From Oligoflexales bacterium (GTDB lineage: Bacteria; Bdellovibrionota_B; Oligoflexia; Oligoflexales; Bog-1112): a DNA stretch of 49,893 nt. The notes beneath the pieces were generated by a model. The model had not been told where the DNA came from and did not search any database. It saw nothing but the letters and a program-made list of their open reading frames with translations. The stretch's first letter is position 1. The number at the start of each line of letters is the position of its first letter. Shown here piece after piece: positions 39,448-48,628 of this stretch. The stretch lies in assembly GCA_045105515.1 (NCBI GenBank), contig JBGCDR010000191.1:1-49893 (forward strand), written 5' to 3'. The translations under genes were made by a program, and so were the position numbers.

Positions 39448-39858
39448 GTGTCCATGGGAAAACGAAATATTGAGGATATTGACCCCAGTGAAGAGATGGG
39501 CCAGCTAGAACCAGATCCAGATAGCTGGGTCAATGAGCCTTTCACGACTAAAAAACCAGCCTCTACCGAAACAAACATTATTCCTCAACCTGTCAAAAAA
39601 GAGATCAGCATTCATTATCCTAAGGCAATTTATATAAGTAAGATCCTTATGGAAGTTTCTTTATGGTCTGAGTTCAATTTTGTCATGGACCCTGCTCTCA
39701 ATCGAGAGCTGCAAATCTTTGCCCCAAGGAAAATGAACAAAGAAGAAGCTTTTCAAGTTTTTATCGCTTCTCTGGAAACCATCGGCTTAAGAGCACTACA
39801 TATGGAAGGCGGAATAGTAAAAATCGTGCCCATGAATTTTGGACGAATTTCAATTTAA
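39448..39858 (+). CDS. Stand-alone secretin (GspD-type) N0-domain-like protein
   Basis: I..I...VS.W...NFVMDP......I.AP......EAFQVF..SL...G......G.VKIVP matches the GspD N0 pattern. AGGAGG RBS; no signal peptide. Confidence 0.65.
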   Translation: MSMGKRNIEDIDPSEEMGQLEPDPDSWVNEPFTTKKPASTETNIIPQPVKKEISIHYPKAIYISKILMEVSLWSEFNFVMDPALNRELQIFAPRKMNKEEAFQVFIASLETIGLRALHMEGGIVKIVPMNFGRISI

Positions 39859-39861
39859 GCT

Positions 39862-40347
39862 CTAAGCTTGTTGAGATTGCTGAGATCTGCTGCCCATGAA
39901 TTGATTAATAGCAGATTGCAAACCACCAAGAACTTCTATGCCCAGATCTGTGGGCAAGCCAGTGTTAGCCTGAAGGTTGTCAGCATAACTCTTCAAACCA
40001 TCGGTACTTGCTATCAAGAACCCAGGGACAGATGGCCATTGTAAGCCTATCAAACCCATATAAGCTGTAAGTTTTTCTCTTGGGCCTGCAATCTTAGCAA
40101 TATCTGTAACTTGCTTTTTGAAATCGCTATGTCCATTAAACTTTTCCTGACTAATGATCTCTCTAACTTTAGCATCGAGATGTTTAATATTTTCAGCCCC
40201 ATCAACCGTACAGTTAAAGAAGGAACCTTCTGTTTGGCCTCGATCACCAAAAATTGGTCCATCACTATAGATCTGTAAACCAAAAGCTTGGGTGTATGAA
40301 AAAGAACTGAAAGCTAAACAGCTAAGTAGAAATTTTTTAATGTTCAT
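39862..40347 (-). CDS. Hypothetical exported protein
   Basis: Signal peptide MNIKKFLLSCLAFSSFSYTQA and AGGTGAG RBS. Confidence 0.7.
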   Translation of the reverse strand: MNIKKFLLSCLAFSSFSYTQAFGLQIYSDGPIFGDRGQTEGSFFNCTVDGAENIKHLDAKVREIISQEKFNGHSDFKKQVTDIAKIAGPREKLTAYMGLIGLQWPSVPGFLIASTDGLKSYADNLQANTGLPTDLGIEVLGGLQSAINQFMGSRSQQSQQA

Positions 40348-40511
40348 AACTCACCTATTGAGTGTAAAATTTAATCAACAACCCCAGACTCATATCATGC
40401 GAGAGCCACAAAGAAAAAAGATTTTCATAAATCATTTTAATTTCAATTGATTATGACATCTTGAGTAGAGCTTGATAAAATATAAGCATCCAAGAGTTCA
40501 ATGGCAGGATT

Positions 40512-40976
40512 ATGAAAATAAGTAAAATACTGATAGGTATCTTGTTGTTTGCAAGCCTTTATATTAGTGAGAAAAGTGTATTTGCTAAAAAAAAATGGGG
40601 CTTAGGGCTCACTCTATTTGATATAAACGGTTTGAGTGTTAAAAAAAAACTGAAACACAGAAAAAATATAGACCTAAATCTGGGATGGTATACCCATAAA
40701 GATGAGCTCAAGCTGATTATTTCAGCTCATTACAACTGGGTATCGCGAGCATATTTTAAACTAGATCAATTCCGCCTTGATGCCTACCTCGGGCTTGGAG
40801 TCAAAATACCAAGTCATGGCAAGAATATAGAAGTCCGCACCCCTTTTGGGGTATCACATTATTTGGGACGCAGGAGAAAATTTGAGGCATTCTGCTCAAT
40901 TATCCCAGGAATGACCGTATACCCCTCGACAGCCCTACGTTTATCACTTGCGCTTGGTGGCCGCTTCTACTTTTAA
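40512..40976 (+). CDS. Small outer-membrane beta-barrel protein
   Basis: Signal peptide, GLGL...GLS.K, Y.GLG and R.PFG motifs, and C-terminal beta-signal GGRFYF. Confidence 0.75.
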   Translation: MKISKILIGILLFASLYISEKSVFAKKKWGLGLTLFDINGLSVKKKLKHRKNIDLNLGWYTHKDELKLIISAHYNWVSRAYFKLDQFRLDAYLGLGVKIPSHGKNIEVRTPFGVSHYLGRRRKFEAFCSIIPGMTVYPSTALRLSLALGGRFYF

Positions 40977-40978
40977 GA

Positions 40979-41005
40979 AAAATTTAGCAAAAAGAACTAA
41001 ATTTT
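40979..41005. terminator. AT-rich hairpin between convergent genes
   Basis: AAAATTTAG-caaaaagaa-CTAAATTTT; weak stem. Confidence 0.35.
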
Positions 41006-41015
41006 AAGGAAAATA

Positions 41016-41294
41016 CTAGCTTACCGATTGTAGGTACTTAATAGCAGCGCAAAGATTTGAAAGGTTTTCCCCATCTAATTGACTCACAACTTCATTGAGG
41101 TTTATAAGGCCTTCCCGGTGCCAAAACGAGTAGGCTAATTTACAGAGCATCTGTTGACTACCTGATAAATGACCACAACTTTTGATAAATTCTAAATCCA
41201 TGCGCTCATCATCTACCCATATTTTATCTGCTAGACCTGGAAATTTAGCAAGAATGTGTTGATTAATTGCTGTGCGCAAATGCTCACTCTCCAT
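41016..41294 (-). CDS. Hypothetical protein (92 aa)
   Basis: GGGGA RBS and an LSG.Q..L..LA..FW...INL......LD.EN....AI helical pattern. Confidence 0.7.
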   Translation of the reverse strand: MESEHLRTAINQHILAKFPGLADKIWVDDERMDLEFIKSCGHLSGSQQMLCKLAYSFWHREGLINLNEVVSQLDGENLSNLCAAIKYLQSVS

Positions 41295-41450
41295 AAACAG
41301 TTCCCCTTCCTTAAAGGTGGTGCTGTGTTAATGGTCTGTTGATATTTTGAACTTGTCAATGTGAAACCCACAGAAACTTTCGAGCATCTCTGTTTGATTA
41401 GCCTGGTACATCCTTTTGGAAGAAAAGGAACATGAAGATAGATAAAGTGC

Positions 41451-42299
41451 TCATATCATTGACTTGATTATTTGTGACACTCTGGTCTTAATCAACCAAG
41501 CAGATATACTCCCATGGGGAGGGATTAGTGGCAACTGATCAGCTCTCCACCATCTCGCATCTTCGATTTCTCCAGGCTCACAAAGAATATCTCCAGACTC
41601 ATATTCAGCAAAAAAACCCAGCATCAGAGAATGGGGAAATGGCCATGCTTGACTGCCTTGATACCTCAAATTCTTGACTTTAATTGCAACCTCTTCGAAC
41701 ACTTCCCTATGAATACATTGCTCCACGGACTCTCCAGGCTCTAGAAACCCTGCCAATGCGCTGAAAAGGCCTGGAGGAAAATGAGGCGACCTTGCCAAAA
41801 GGATTTCTTCACCGCGAGTAATGAGTACGATCATACTAGGTGAAATCCTTGGATAATGCACCAGAGAGCATGAGATACATTTTAAGTAACCATCCTCACC
41901 TCTTGCGGTTTTCTTTCCACATGCACCACAAAACTGGTGCTGTTTAAACCAATCGATAAGCTGCATCGCTCTAGAGACCAATGCGAATGTATTTAGAGAT
42001 AACAAGGAACGTGATTTTTTAAGATCTAACCAGTAACAATCATGGTTAATTTCCTTGCTCCTCAATTCAACCCCATAGCAGTTCATTCCTGCAACTTCAC
42101 CACAGTAGCTTTTTTGAACGGTAACACTCTTATCCAGAACAATTTGATGAAAGATATCATTTTGCTTTGTTAAAAGCACCTCTCGTTCAAAAAAGTAAAT
42201 ATAAATGTCTGCAGCACCTGATTTTGCCTGCTGTCCAATGCGAACAAGTGAATTTTCACTCGCAAGAGCCCAAGGCTCTTCAAATTGTTCTATATTCAT
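41451..42299 (-). CDS. nudC: NAD(H) pyrophosphatase / NAD-cap decapping enzyme
   Basis: Zn ribbon FCGACG...C..C, YPRISP, Nudix box GFLEPGES.E....REV.EE and SQAWPFPHSLM. Confidence 0.95.
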   Translation of the reverse strand: MNIEQFEEPWALASENSLVRIGQQAKSGAADIYIYFFEREVLLTKQNDIFHQIVLDKSVTVQKSYCGEVAGMNCYGVELRSKEINHDCYWLDLKKSRSLLSLNTFALVSRAMQLIDWFKQHQFCGACGKKTARGEDGYLKCISCSLVHYPRISPSMIVLITRGEEILLARSPHFPPGLFSALAGFLEPGESVEQCIHREVFEEVAIKVKNLRYQGSQAWPFPHSLMLGFFAEYESGDILCEPGEIEDARWWRADQLPLIPPHGSISAWLIKTRVSQIIKSMI

Positions 42300-42337
42300 C
42301 TATCACCACTTCTCAACTTACATTAAATATTTTTTCT

Positions 42338-43111
42338 CTAGGTACGCAGACCACTTCCTTTTCTTAATAAGCTTAAATTCATCAGAAACAACAAAGCGAT
42401 AAAAAAAATCAATATTGAAATGGACAAAGTCAAACTAACGTCAGATATGCCTAAAAAACCATAGCGAAAACCGTTTATCATGTATAGTATTGGGTTCAAT
42501 TTTGAAACTGTTTGCCAGATTAAAGGTAATTGTTCAATAGAATAAAAGACTCCTCCTAAATATGTCAAAGGAGTAATTACAAAGGTGGGAATAATACTAA
42601 TATCATCAAATTTTTGTGCAAATATAGCATTAGTCAAGCCTCCTAAGGAAAAAACCGTTGCAGTAAGAACTGCAAAACTTAACAAGTAAAACAAATTATG
42701 AATGTGCATTTTAGTAAAGAATAAAGACACCATGACAACAACAAATCCAACCAGTAGGCCTCTGACTACACCACCAACACAATAGCCTAGGATAATAATA
42801 GTATTAGGTGTTGGAGACACAAGCAACTCTTCTACGCTTTTCTGAAATTTAGTACTAAAAAAAGATGAGCATACATTCATGTATGAATTAGTAATTACAG
42901 ACATCATTATTAGACCGGGTACTATAAACTGCATATAAGTGAAACCAGAAATAGCTCCTAGTTGTTTACCAATTAGGTTACCGAATATTATAAAATACAA
43001 ACTCATTGTAATCACCGGTGGCACGATTGTTTGTACCCATATCCTAGTAAATCTCCGCACTTCTTTTTTCACAATAGTTTCTAGTGCAATCAGTTTATTT
43101 CTAAAATTCAT
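42338..43111 (-). CDS. yadH: ABC-2 transporter permease (YadH-like)
   Basis: RFTRIWVQT..PP.IT..LYF, Y..FIVPGLIMMSVITNSY.NV.SSFF and PLTYLGGVFYS. Confidence 0.88.
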   Translation of the reverse strand: MNFRNKLIALETIVKKEVRRFTRIWVQTIVPPVITMSLYFIIFGNLIGKQLGAISGFTYMQFIVPGLIMMSVITNSYMNVCSSFFSTKFQKSVEELLVSPTPNTIIILGYCVGGVVRGLLVGFVVVMVSLFFTKMHIHNLFYLLSFAVLTATVFSLGGLTNAIFAQKFDDISIIPTFVITPLTYLGGVFYSIEQLPLIWQTVSKLNPILYMINGFRYGFLGISDVSLTLSISILIFFIALLFLMNLSLLRKGSGLRT

Positions 43112-44028
43112 TGGCGTTTTCCTTGATGGACTAAATCTAAAAACAAGGTCTCCAAACGGTTACTTTTACTTCGCATACTAAGAACCCGAATGTTCTGTTT
43201 CGAAAGCAGAGAGAATATATCATTAAGGATGACATCCTTAGGAATTGTAATCTCTATTGTGGAAGAATCTAAAAGTCTTAGATCAATGTCATTTAACTTA
43301 GGAACCTGTGATACTCCCGACTGCAAATCCATAATAAAAGTCTGTTTATCAAGCATACTCAAAAGGTCTTTCAAGGATGTGTTAGTTAATATTTTTCCTT
43401 GATCAATAATTGCAACATTTTTACAAAGAGCTTCTACTTCCTCTAAATAATGAGTGGTTAAAATTATAGTCGTTCCTTTGGCATTAATTTCTTTGATAAA
43501 TTCCCACATAGAATGTCTGATTTCAACATCGACTCCAGCTGTAGGCTCATCCAAGACCAAAAGTTTTGGTTCATGGACCATGGCTCTTGCAATCATTAAG
43601 CGTCTTTTCATTCCACCTGAAAGATTCCTTCCAGCTTCCATACGCTTATCCCAAAGCTCCAGTTTTTTTAAATATTTCTCCGCTCGTTCTTTTGCCAGTT
43701 CAATACCTATCCCATAATAGCCTGCTTGCTGAAGAATGATGTTTTCTACTTTTTCGAAAACGTTAAAATTGAACTCCTGAGGAACTAAACCAATGCATTG
43801 CTTTACAAGATTTTTTTCCGAATCTAGATCGTACCCAAATACTTTAACCTGGCCAAAAGACTTATTAACCAGACTTGCGATAATACCAATCGTGGTTGAT
43901 TTTCCCGCACCGTTTGGTCCAAGAAGTGCAAAAAAATCCCCTTGTTTAATAGTAAAATTAATTCCCTTCAGTGCCTCAAAACCATTGCTATAAACTTTTT
44001 TAAGGTCCTCTATTTTTAGGGCTTCCAA
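43108..44028 (-). CDS. yadG: ABC transporter ATP-binding protein (YadG-like)
   Basis: GPNGAGKST, LSGGMKRR, DEPTAGVD and NRLE.LF. TTG start at 44028 with an AGGAG RBS. Confidence 0.88.
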   Translation of the reverse strand: MEALKIEDLKKVYSNGFEALKGINFTIKQGDFFALLGPNGAGKSTTIGIIASLVNKSFGQVKVFGYDLDSEKNLVKQCIGLVPQEFNFNVFEKVENIILQQAGYYGIGIELAKERAEKYLKKLELWDKRMEAGRNLSGGMKRRLMIARAMVHEPKLLVLDEPTAGVDVEIRHSMWEFIKEINAKGTTIILTTHYLEEVEALCKNVAIIDQGKILTNTSLKDLLSMLDKQTFIMDLQSGVSQVPKLNDIDLRLLDSSTIEITIPKDVILNDIFSLLSKQNIRVLSMRSKSNRLETLFLDLVHQGKRQ

Positions 44029-44113
44029 GTTTTTGACTCCTAGATATTGTTGAAACTCAAAATCTATGATCACTAGAGCTATAACTGGTATATGTAATGA
44101 ATTTTTCTTGCAT

Positions 44114-44131
44114 TCCGTATTGCTCCGTATT
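44114..44131. promoter_or_regulatory. Tandem 8-bp direct repeat (10-bp period) in the divergent yadG/ubiX promoter region
   Basis: TCCGTATT-gc-TCCGTATT. Confidence 0.35.
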
Positions 44132-44231
44132 AATTAAACCACTGGTACGTGACCAATTCCTCATCTACTCATTTGTAAGGTGAATTGAAAGCGGGCCAGT
44201 GCTCACGCCTCTGCCAATAAGAGAAGTAATA

Positions 44232-44855
44232 ATGTCATTTCCCAGAGAAGAAAAGAGAATTGTCGTAGGAATCACCGGTGCTTCCGGCGCGATCTATGCT
44301 AATCGTCTGATTGAGGAGCTATTAGCACGGGTTACAAGAGTTTACTGCATAGCAACTGATGCAGGTAGGCAAGTTAGTGATTTTGAATTAAATGACTCCG
44401 AGTGCAGCTTCAATCTGAAGAAAGCTATAGCAGGTGAGGTCGAAGCCGAACACCGCCAGACCCTCCGAATTTTTAATAACGATGATTTATTCTCTCCTAT
44501 TGCAAGTGGATCATCAGCACCAAGTCATATGGTCATTCTGCCATGCTCAATGGGCAGCCTCGCGAGAATAAGTAATGGAATGTCTTCAAACCTTCTGGAA
44601 CGAGCTGCGGATGTTGCTCTAAAACAGAAAATTCCTCTTATAATTTGCCCCAGGGAGACACCTCTAAATACTATCCACCTCCAAAATATGCTTAGTCTCT
44701 CACAAATGGGCGTGCAGATAGTCCCTATGATGCCTGCATTTTATCAGAAACCTAAAACTATTCGTGACCTTATAGACTTTATGGTAGGGCGTATTCTTGA
44801 ACTACTAGGACTTGAACACAAACTCTATGTCCCATGGAACTTGAGAATGCGGTAA
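44232..44855 (+). CDS. ubiX: Flavin prenyltransferase UbiX family
   Basis: VGITGASG, ASGS, PCSMG.LA.I, RAADV.LK, PRETP, H..NM and P.FY..P. Confidence 0.95.
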   Translation: MSFPREEKRIVVGITGASGAIYANRLIEELLARVTRVYCIATDAGRQVSDFELNDSECSFNLKKAIAGEVEAEHRQTLRIFNNDDLFSPIASGSSAPSHMVILPCSMGSLARISNGMSSNLLERAADVALKQKIPLIICPRETPLNTIHLQNMLSLSQMGVQIVPMMPAFYQKPKTIRDLIDFMVGRILELLGLEHKLYVPWNLRMR

Positions 44856-44879
44856 GCTCCTCTAACCTGGATATAATTG

Positions 44880-46070
44880 ATGATGAGTCAGAATTTACAA
44901 CCGACCCCTTCAATCAAGTGGAACGACACTAAAATCGCATTTAAACACTTAAGCGACATAGAGCTGAAGCGAGCGTACTTTCTCTTCTCCACTATGTCCA
45001 GCCCTGTTTTGACAGATGCAGGGGTTTGGCTTGTAGGACTAGCTCTGAAGCTAAATCTTCCCATCCACAGCTTGATTAAAATGACATTATTTAACCAATT
45101 CTGCGGTGGAGAGAACATAGACGAGTGCACTAGAGTTGTGAGTCTCCTTGCAAAATACCAAGTGGGAGCTGTTCTTGATTATGCAGTTGAGGCCAAAGAA
45201 AGCGAATCTGACTTTGAGGCTACCTGCGCCGAAATAAAAAAAACGATATCTCATGCCCAAAAAACCATGTTACCATTTGCTGTATTCAAAATGAGTGGGA
45301 TAGCTCGCTTTGATCTTTTGAACAAAGTTTCGGAGCAATACTCTCTAAGTCAAGATGAGCAAAACGAATGGAAACAAGTTAACAATAGGGTGTTGAGCAT
45401 TATAAAGCATGCACAGCAATCTGGAGTAAAAATTCTTGTTGATGCCGAAGAATCATGGATCCAAAAAGCTATTGACCAAATTGTTGAAGATTTAATGCAA
45501 TCATTTAACCGTAAAGACGCACTAGTTTACCATACTTTCCAACTTTATCGTACAGACCGCTTACCTTACCTCAAAAAACTACTAGAGCAAGCTAGAAGCA
45601 GTGGTTACATTATTGGAGCAAAATTAGTCCGGGGTGCCTATATGGAAAAAGAACGCATTCGAGCCCAAAAGCAGGTCTATCCTTCACCCATACATTCAAA
45701 CAAAGATGCCACTGACAGAGATTTCAATGCTGCTCTTCAACTATACCCAAGTTATTCCAAGAACCTCGCTATTTTCGCGGGTACTCATAATGAAGAGTCT
45801 ACAAGCTTATTAACAAGCATCGCTCAGAATAATAAATCAATAAACAATGACGCTATTGTTTTTTCTCAGCTTTATGGAATGAGCGACCACTTAAGCTTCA
45901 ACCTTGCTGCACATGGTTTCCTGGTATCTAAGTACCTTCCTTTTGGCCCTGTCAAAGAAGCGCTGCCATACTTATTCCGCAGAGCTGCAGAAAACACTTC
46001 AGTAGGAGGCCAAGTCAGCAGAGAATTAAAACTGATAAAATCCGAGATTAAAAGACGAAGATTAAGCTAA
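44880..46070 (+). CDS. Monofunctional proline dehydrogenase
   Basis: QFCGGE, VDAEES, Q.YR.D, KLVRGAYME.ER, THN, QLYGM and YL.RRA.EN. Start may be 44877-44883. Confidence 0.93.
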   Translation: MMSQNLQPTPSIKWNDTKIAFKHLSDIELKRAYFLFSTMSSPVLTDAGVWLVGLALKLNLPIHSLIKMTLFNQFCGGENIDECTRVVSLLAKYQVGAVLDYAVEAKESESDFEATCAEIKKTISHAQKTMLPFAVFKMSGIARFDLLNKVSEQYSLSQDEQNEWKQVNNRVLSIIKHAQQSGVKILVDAEESWIQKAIDQIVEDLMQSFNRKDALVYHTFQLYRTDRLPYLKKLLEQARSSGYIIGAKLVRGAYMEKERIRAQKQVYPSPIHSNKDATDRDFNAALQLYPSYSKNLAIFAGTHNEESTSLLTSIAQNNKSINNDAIVFSQLYGMSDHLSFNLAAHGFLVSKYLPFGPVKEALPYLFRRAAENTSVGGQVSRELKLIKSEIKRRRLS

Positions 46071-46080
46071 AGTGAGGCTC

Positions 46081-46443
46081 TCAAGAATTTCTTAGCAAAT
46101 AATCAGCATGAACTTTTATTTGATCGCAGTCAAAGGTTGGACCTAGCAAGACATCAGGCAAAAAGTGCACTGAACTCCAAACCCGATGTTTCCTACCTTC
46201 AATATAGAGAGTAGGAACTTGTGGGCAGAATTCTTTAACCATTGCAAGTAAAGCCAAACTTTCAGATCGCCTATTACTCTCGTCAAATGCAATAAAAGAA
46301 AAGCTAGGTTTTTCAGCAACAAGCCGCCTCAGTTCATTGAAGCAATTGGAATATTTTACTAAGAAGCCCAAGTCCTCAAAATGAGGTGTTAAACTTACCA
46401 GTGGACTGTTCGCACAAGCAGATAAAAGAATTTGAGTATCCAT
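46081..46443 (-). CDS. Degenerate receiver (REC)-like single-domain protein
   Basis: REC-like order of beta/alpha elements (ILL; GF.V; FIAFD; L...VK...P.VP.L.I), but the N-terminal acidic pair and the Lys are absent. Confidence 0.45.
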   Translation of the reverse strand: MDTQILLSACANSPLVSLTPHFEDLGFLVKYSNCFNELRRLVAEKPSFSFIAFDESNRRSESLALLAMVKEFCPQVPTLYIEGRKHRVWSSVHFLPDVLLGPTFDCDQIKVHADYLLRNS

Positions 46444-46693
46444 TAATGCCTAAACTCAAAAACTGGAATATAGTCAGTTTAAAATATTTTTCTACGTCAA
46501 AAGATAAAATATGTACTTATGTTAATTCTTTGTCAACACAAATCGATTAACAGTTCCTACTCTATTACTGCGCAACATAAAACGATTTGTGAGCTAGAAC
46601 TCATTACTATTGCAGAACATAATTCTTTAAATAATTTCTAACTAATTATAATCTGCTATTATTACATTAATTTTCATACTATAAAACACCTAT

Positions 46694-46721
46694 TAAATTC
46701 TTTAGGTCAATTATTCGATAG
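46694..46721 (+). promoter_or_regulatory. sigma28-like promoter
   Basis: TAAA-N16-TTCGATAG upstream of the LamG lipoprotein gene. Confidence 0.3.
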
Positions 46722-46739
46722 TTAATAGCAGGGCGACCT

Positions 46740-48050
46740 ATGGATTTAATCGAGTGTACATATTTGAAATTATTCAGACTAGCTAAAAAAACTTTGATCT
46801 TGAGCCTAATCAGTTTATTTATCAGTGCTTGCAGTTCTAGTGATTTTTCAGATACAGGCTCCATAGGAACAATTGCAAATACTTCAAATTCTGTAGATAA
46901 TAAAAGTATCAATGGTAGTGAAGATGCTGAAAAAAAACCATCAATACTTGAAGAAACTAAACCTGTTAACAATTTTGAATCAATAGAAGAACCTGAGTCT
47001 TTGAATCCTGAGCAAGAAGATGATTCGGTGGCAACTCCAGTTATGACTACTGGTGCTTACTTGATAAAATGTGAAGAACTATTTGACAAAGAGTTATTGT
47101 GTAAAGTTGTTAGCAAAATCAATAATTCTTTAAAGAAGGATATTAACTCGATTCAGTGGGATGTATACCAAGGAGAAATACTACTTCCTTCCGATCAAAT
47201 TAGCATCGAAATGCTCGAATCAGACTCTGAATGGCAGATCAAAATAATAGTAGAAGCTGAAGGTGAATGGCAACTAAAACCTATTGATAAAGATCAAACT
47301 TCATACAAAAATTATAAGATCATCATTGAACAGCAATTAGAAATGCCAACCACTGGACCGAAATCACCTAATCCTGTTTCCGATGAATCATCAATCATGC
47401 AATCACCACAAGATTACAAGCCGGCAAAGCCTGCGATAGAACTTAACCCTCAGCTTCCTTCGTCTTATAATTTTCCACTCAACTATTTCCTAAGTTTAGA
47501 TACTACTGACCGCCATGGCTTGAAAAACAATGCAACTTTTTTCACGGTAGGAGTTAATTCAATCCGCTATGACTTAGAGCATGATTTTTCTAGCGGCTTG
47601 ACCCTAATTATTTGGGCGAAGACAATCAAACCCGGCTCCAATCATCCAAGACTCTTTTCACTAGTGGGCGATTCTGAAGTATTTATTAAATGGGATCATC
47701 AACGCCTAAGATATGCAGGAGGCATTAGCTGCAGTGACCAGTTTCTTGAGCAGGAATATGCAAAATGGATAGACTCAGGAACAGGAACTATTGACGAACT
47801 ATGGCACCAATTAGCTCTGACCTATGATGGTGAGGTGCTTACTTTTTACTACGATGGCACAATATCAGGAAGCTTAACTACTACAAAATGAAACAATAAC
47901 ACTCATATAAGCTCTGCCATTATCAATGCTAGAGAAACTTATGAAGGTATCTTAGATGATGCTATCATTTTTGATAAGCCTCTAACCCCAGATAGAATTT
48001 TGAATAAATTTGAAGCCACTAGCCCTAAAAACCAGGTAGAAAATCCCTAG
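46740..48050 (+). pseudogene. Lipoprotein with C-terminal LamG/concanavalin-like domain interrupted by in-frame TGA (47889-47891)
   Basis: Lipobox ISA-C and LamG motif WHQLALTYDG..L.FY.DG. After the TGA the same frame continues for 52 codons with YEGILDDAIIFDKPLTPDRI (the typical LamG end), up to TAG at 48050. Confidence 0.8.
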
Positions 48051-48056
48051 TCAAGT

Positions 48057-48083
48057 TAAATCTCAAATAGTTTATATCGATAG
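48057..48083 (+). promoter_or_regulatory. sigma28-like promoter
   Basis: TAAA-N15-ATCGATAG, about 145 nt upstream of the 48227 ORF. Confidence 0.35.
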
Positions 48084-48226
48084 AGATGCAAACAATAACC
48101 CCATATTTTAAGGAGGTTAAATTTAATTTTAAAGGATGTTCCTTCGATTACATGAAACTCTATTTCACTGCCTAGAGTTATAATATACGAGAGTGATTTT
48201 TTAACCAGACATGAGGTTTTAAAAAA

Positions 48227-48529
48227 TTGGCGATTGCAATTAATGAATTTGATTTTGATGGACCCTATGCCGACCATAGTAATCTGAAAACTAAACCTGG
48301 CATCTATGCAGTCATGGTTTGGAAAGGGAATTACTGGCGTCTGCTCGATGTTGGTGAATCACAAAATGTTGTTGAAAAGTTAGGTAATCATGAGCGTCAA
48401 GGAGAATGGTTCCTCTATAGTAAGAACAAAGATAGGGCGTACGCAGCATTTTATGAAGAAGATGAATCGAAAAGAAAAGAAATAGAAGGTGCTATAAGAA
48501 CAAAATCGAATCCTCCTTGCGGAGAGTGA
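48227..48529 (+). CDS. Small GIY-YIG-like protein
   Basis: PGIYAV...LLDVGES.N...L..H, followed by R..IE..I....NP.C; 100 aa. Confidence 0.65.
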   Translation: MAIAINEFDFDGPYADHSNLKTKPGIYAVMVWKGNYWRLLDVGESQNVVEKLGNHERQGEWFLYSKNKDRAYAAFYEEDESKRKEIEGAIRTKSNPPCGE

Positions 48530-48628
48530 TTACTCAATCAACTATAATCATGATTTTTTAATAAATAAATTAACTTCGTCTATCTCACTACGAAAGCCTA
48601 GATAACTACTGATATATTTGAATATATT

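Noticed and set aside
44140..44201. FMN riboswitch upstream of ubiX
   Set aside because: It lacks the conserved AGGGC-GGG-GAAA-UCCC core and is too short; kept only as an unclassified hairpin.
47889..47935. Selenocysteine or alternative genetic code explanation for the in-frame TGA
   Set aside because: Only a weak hairpin with no G in its loop follows, and the site is not a redox Cys position. TGA is a normal stop for rimO, prfA, prmC and others here.
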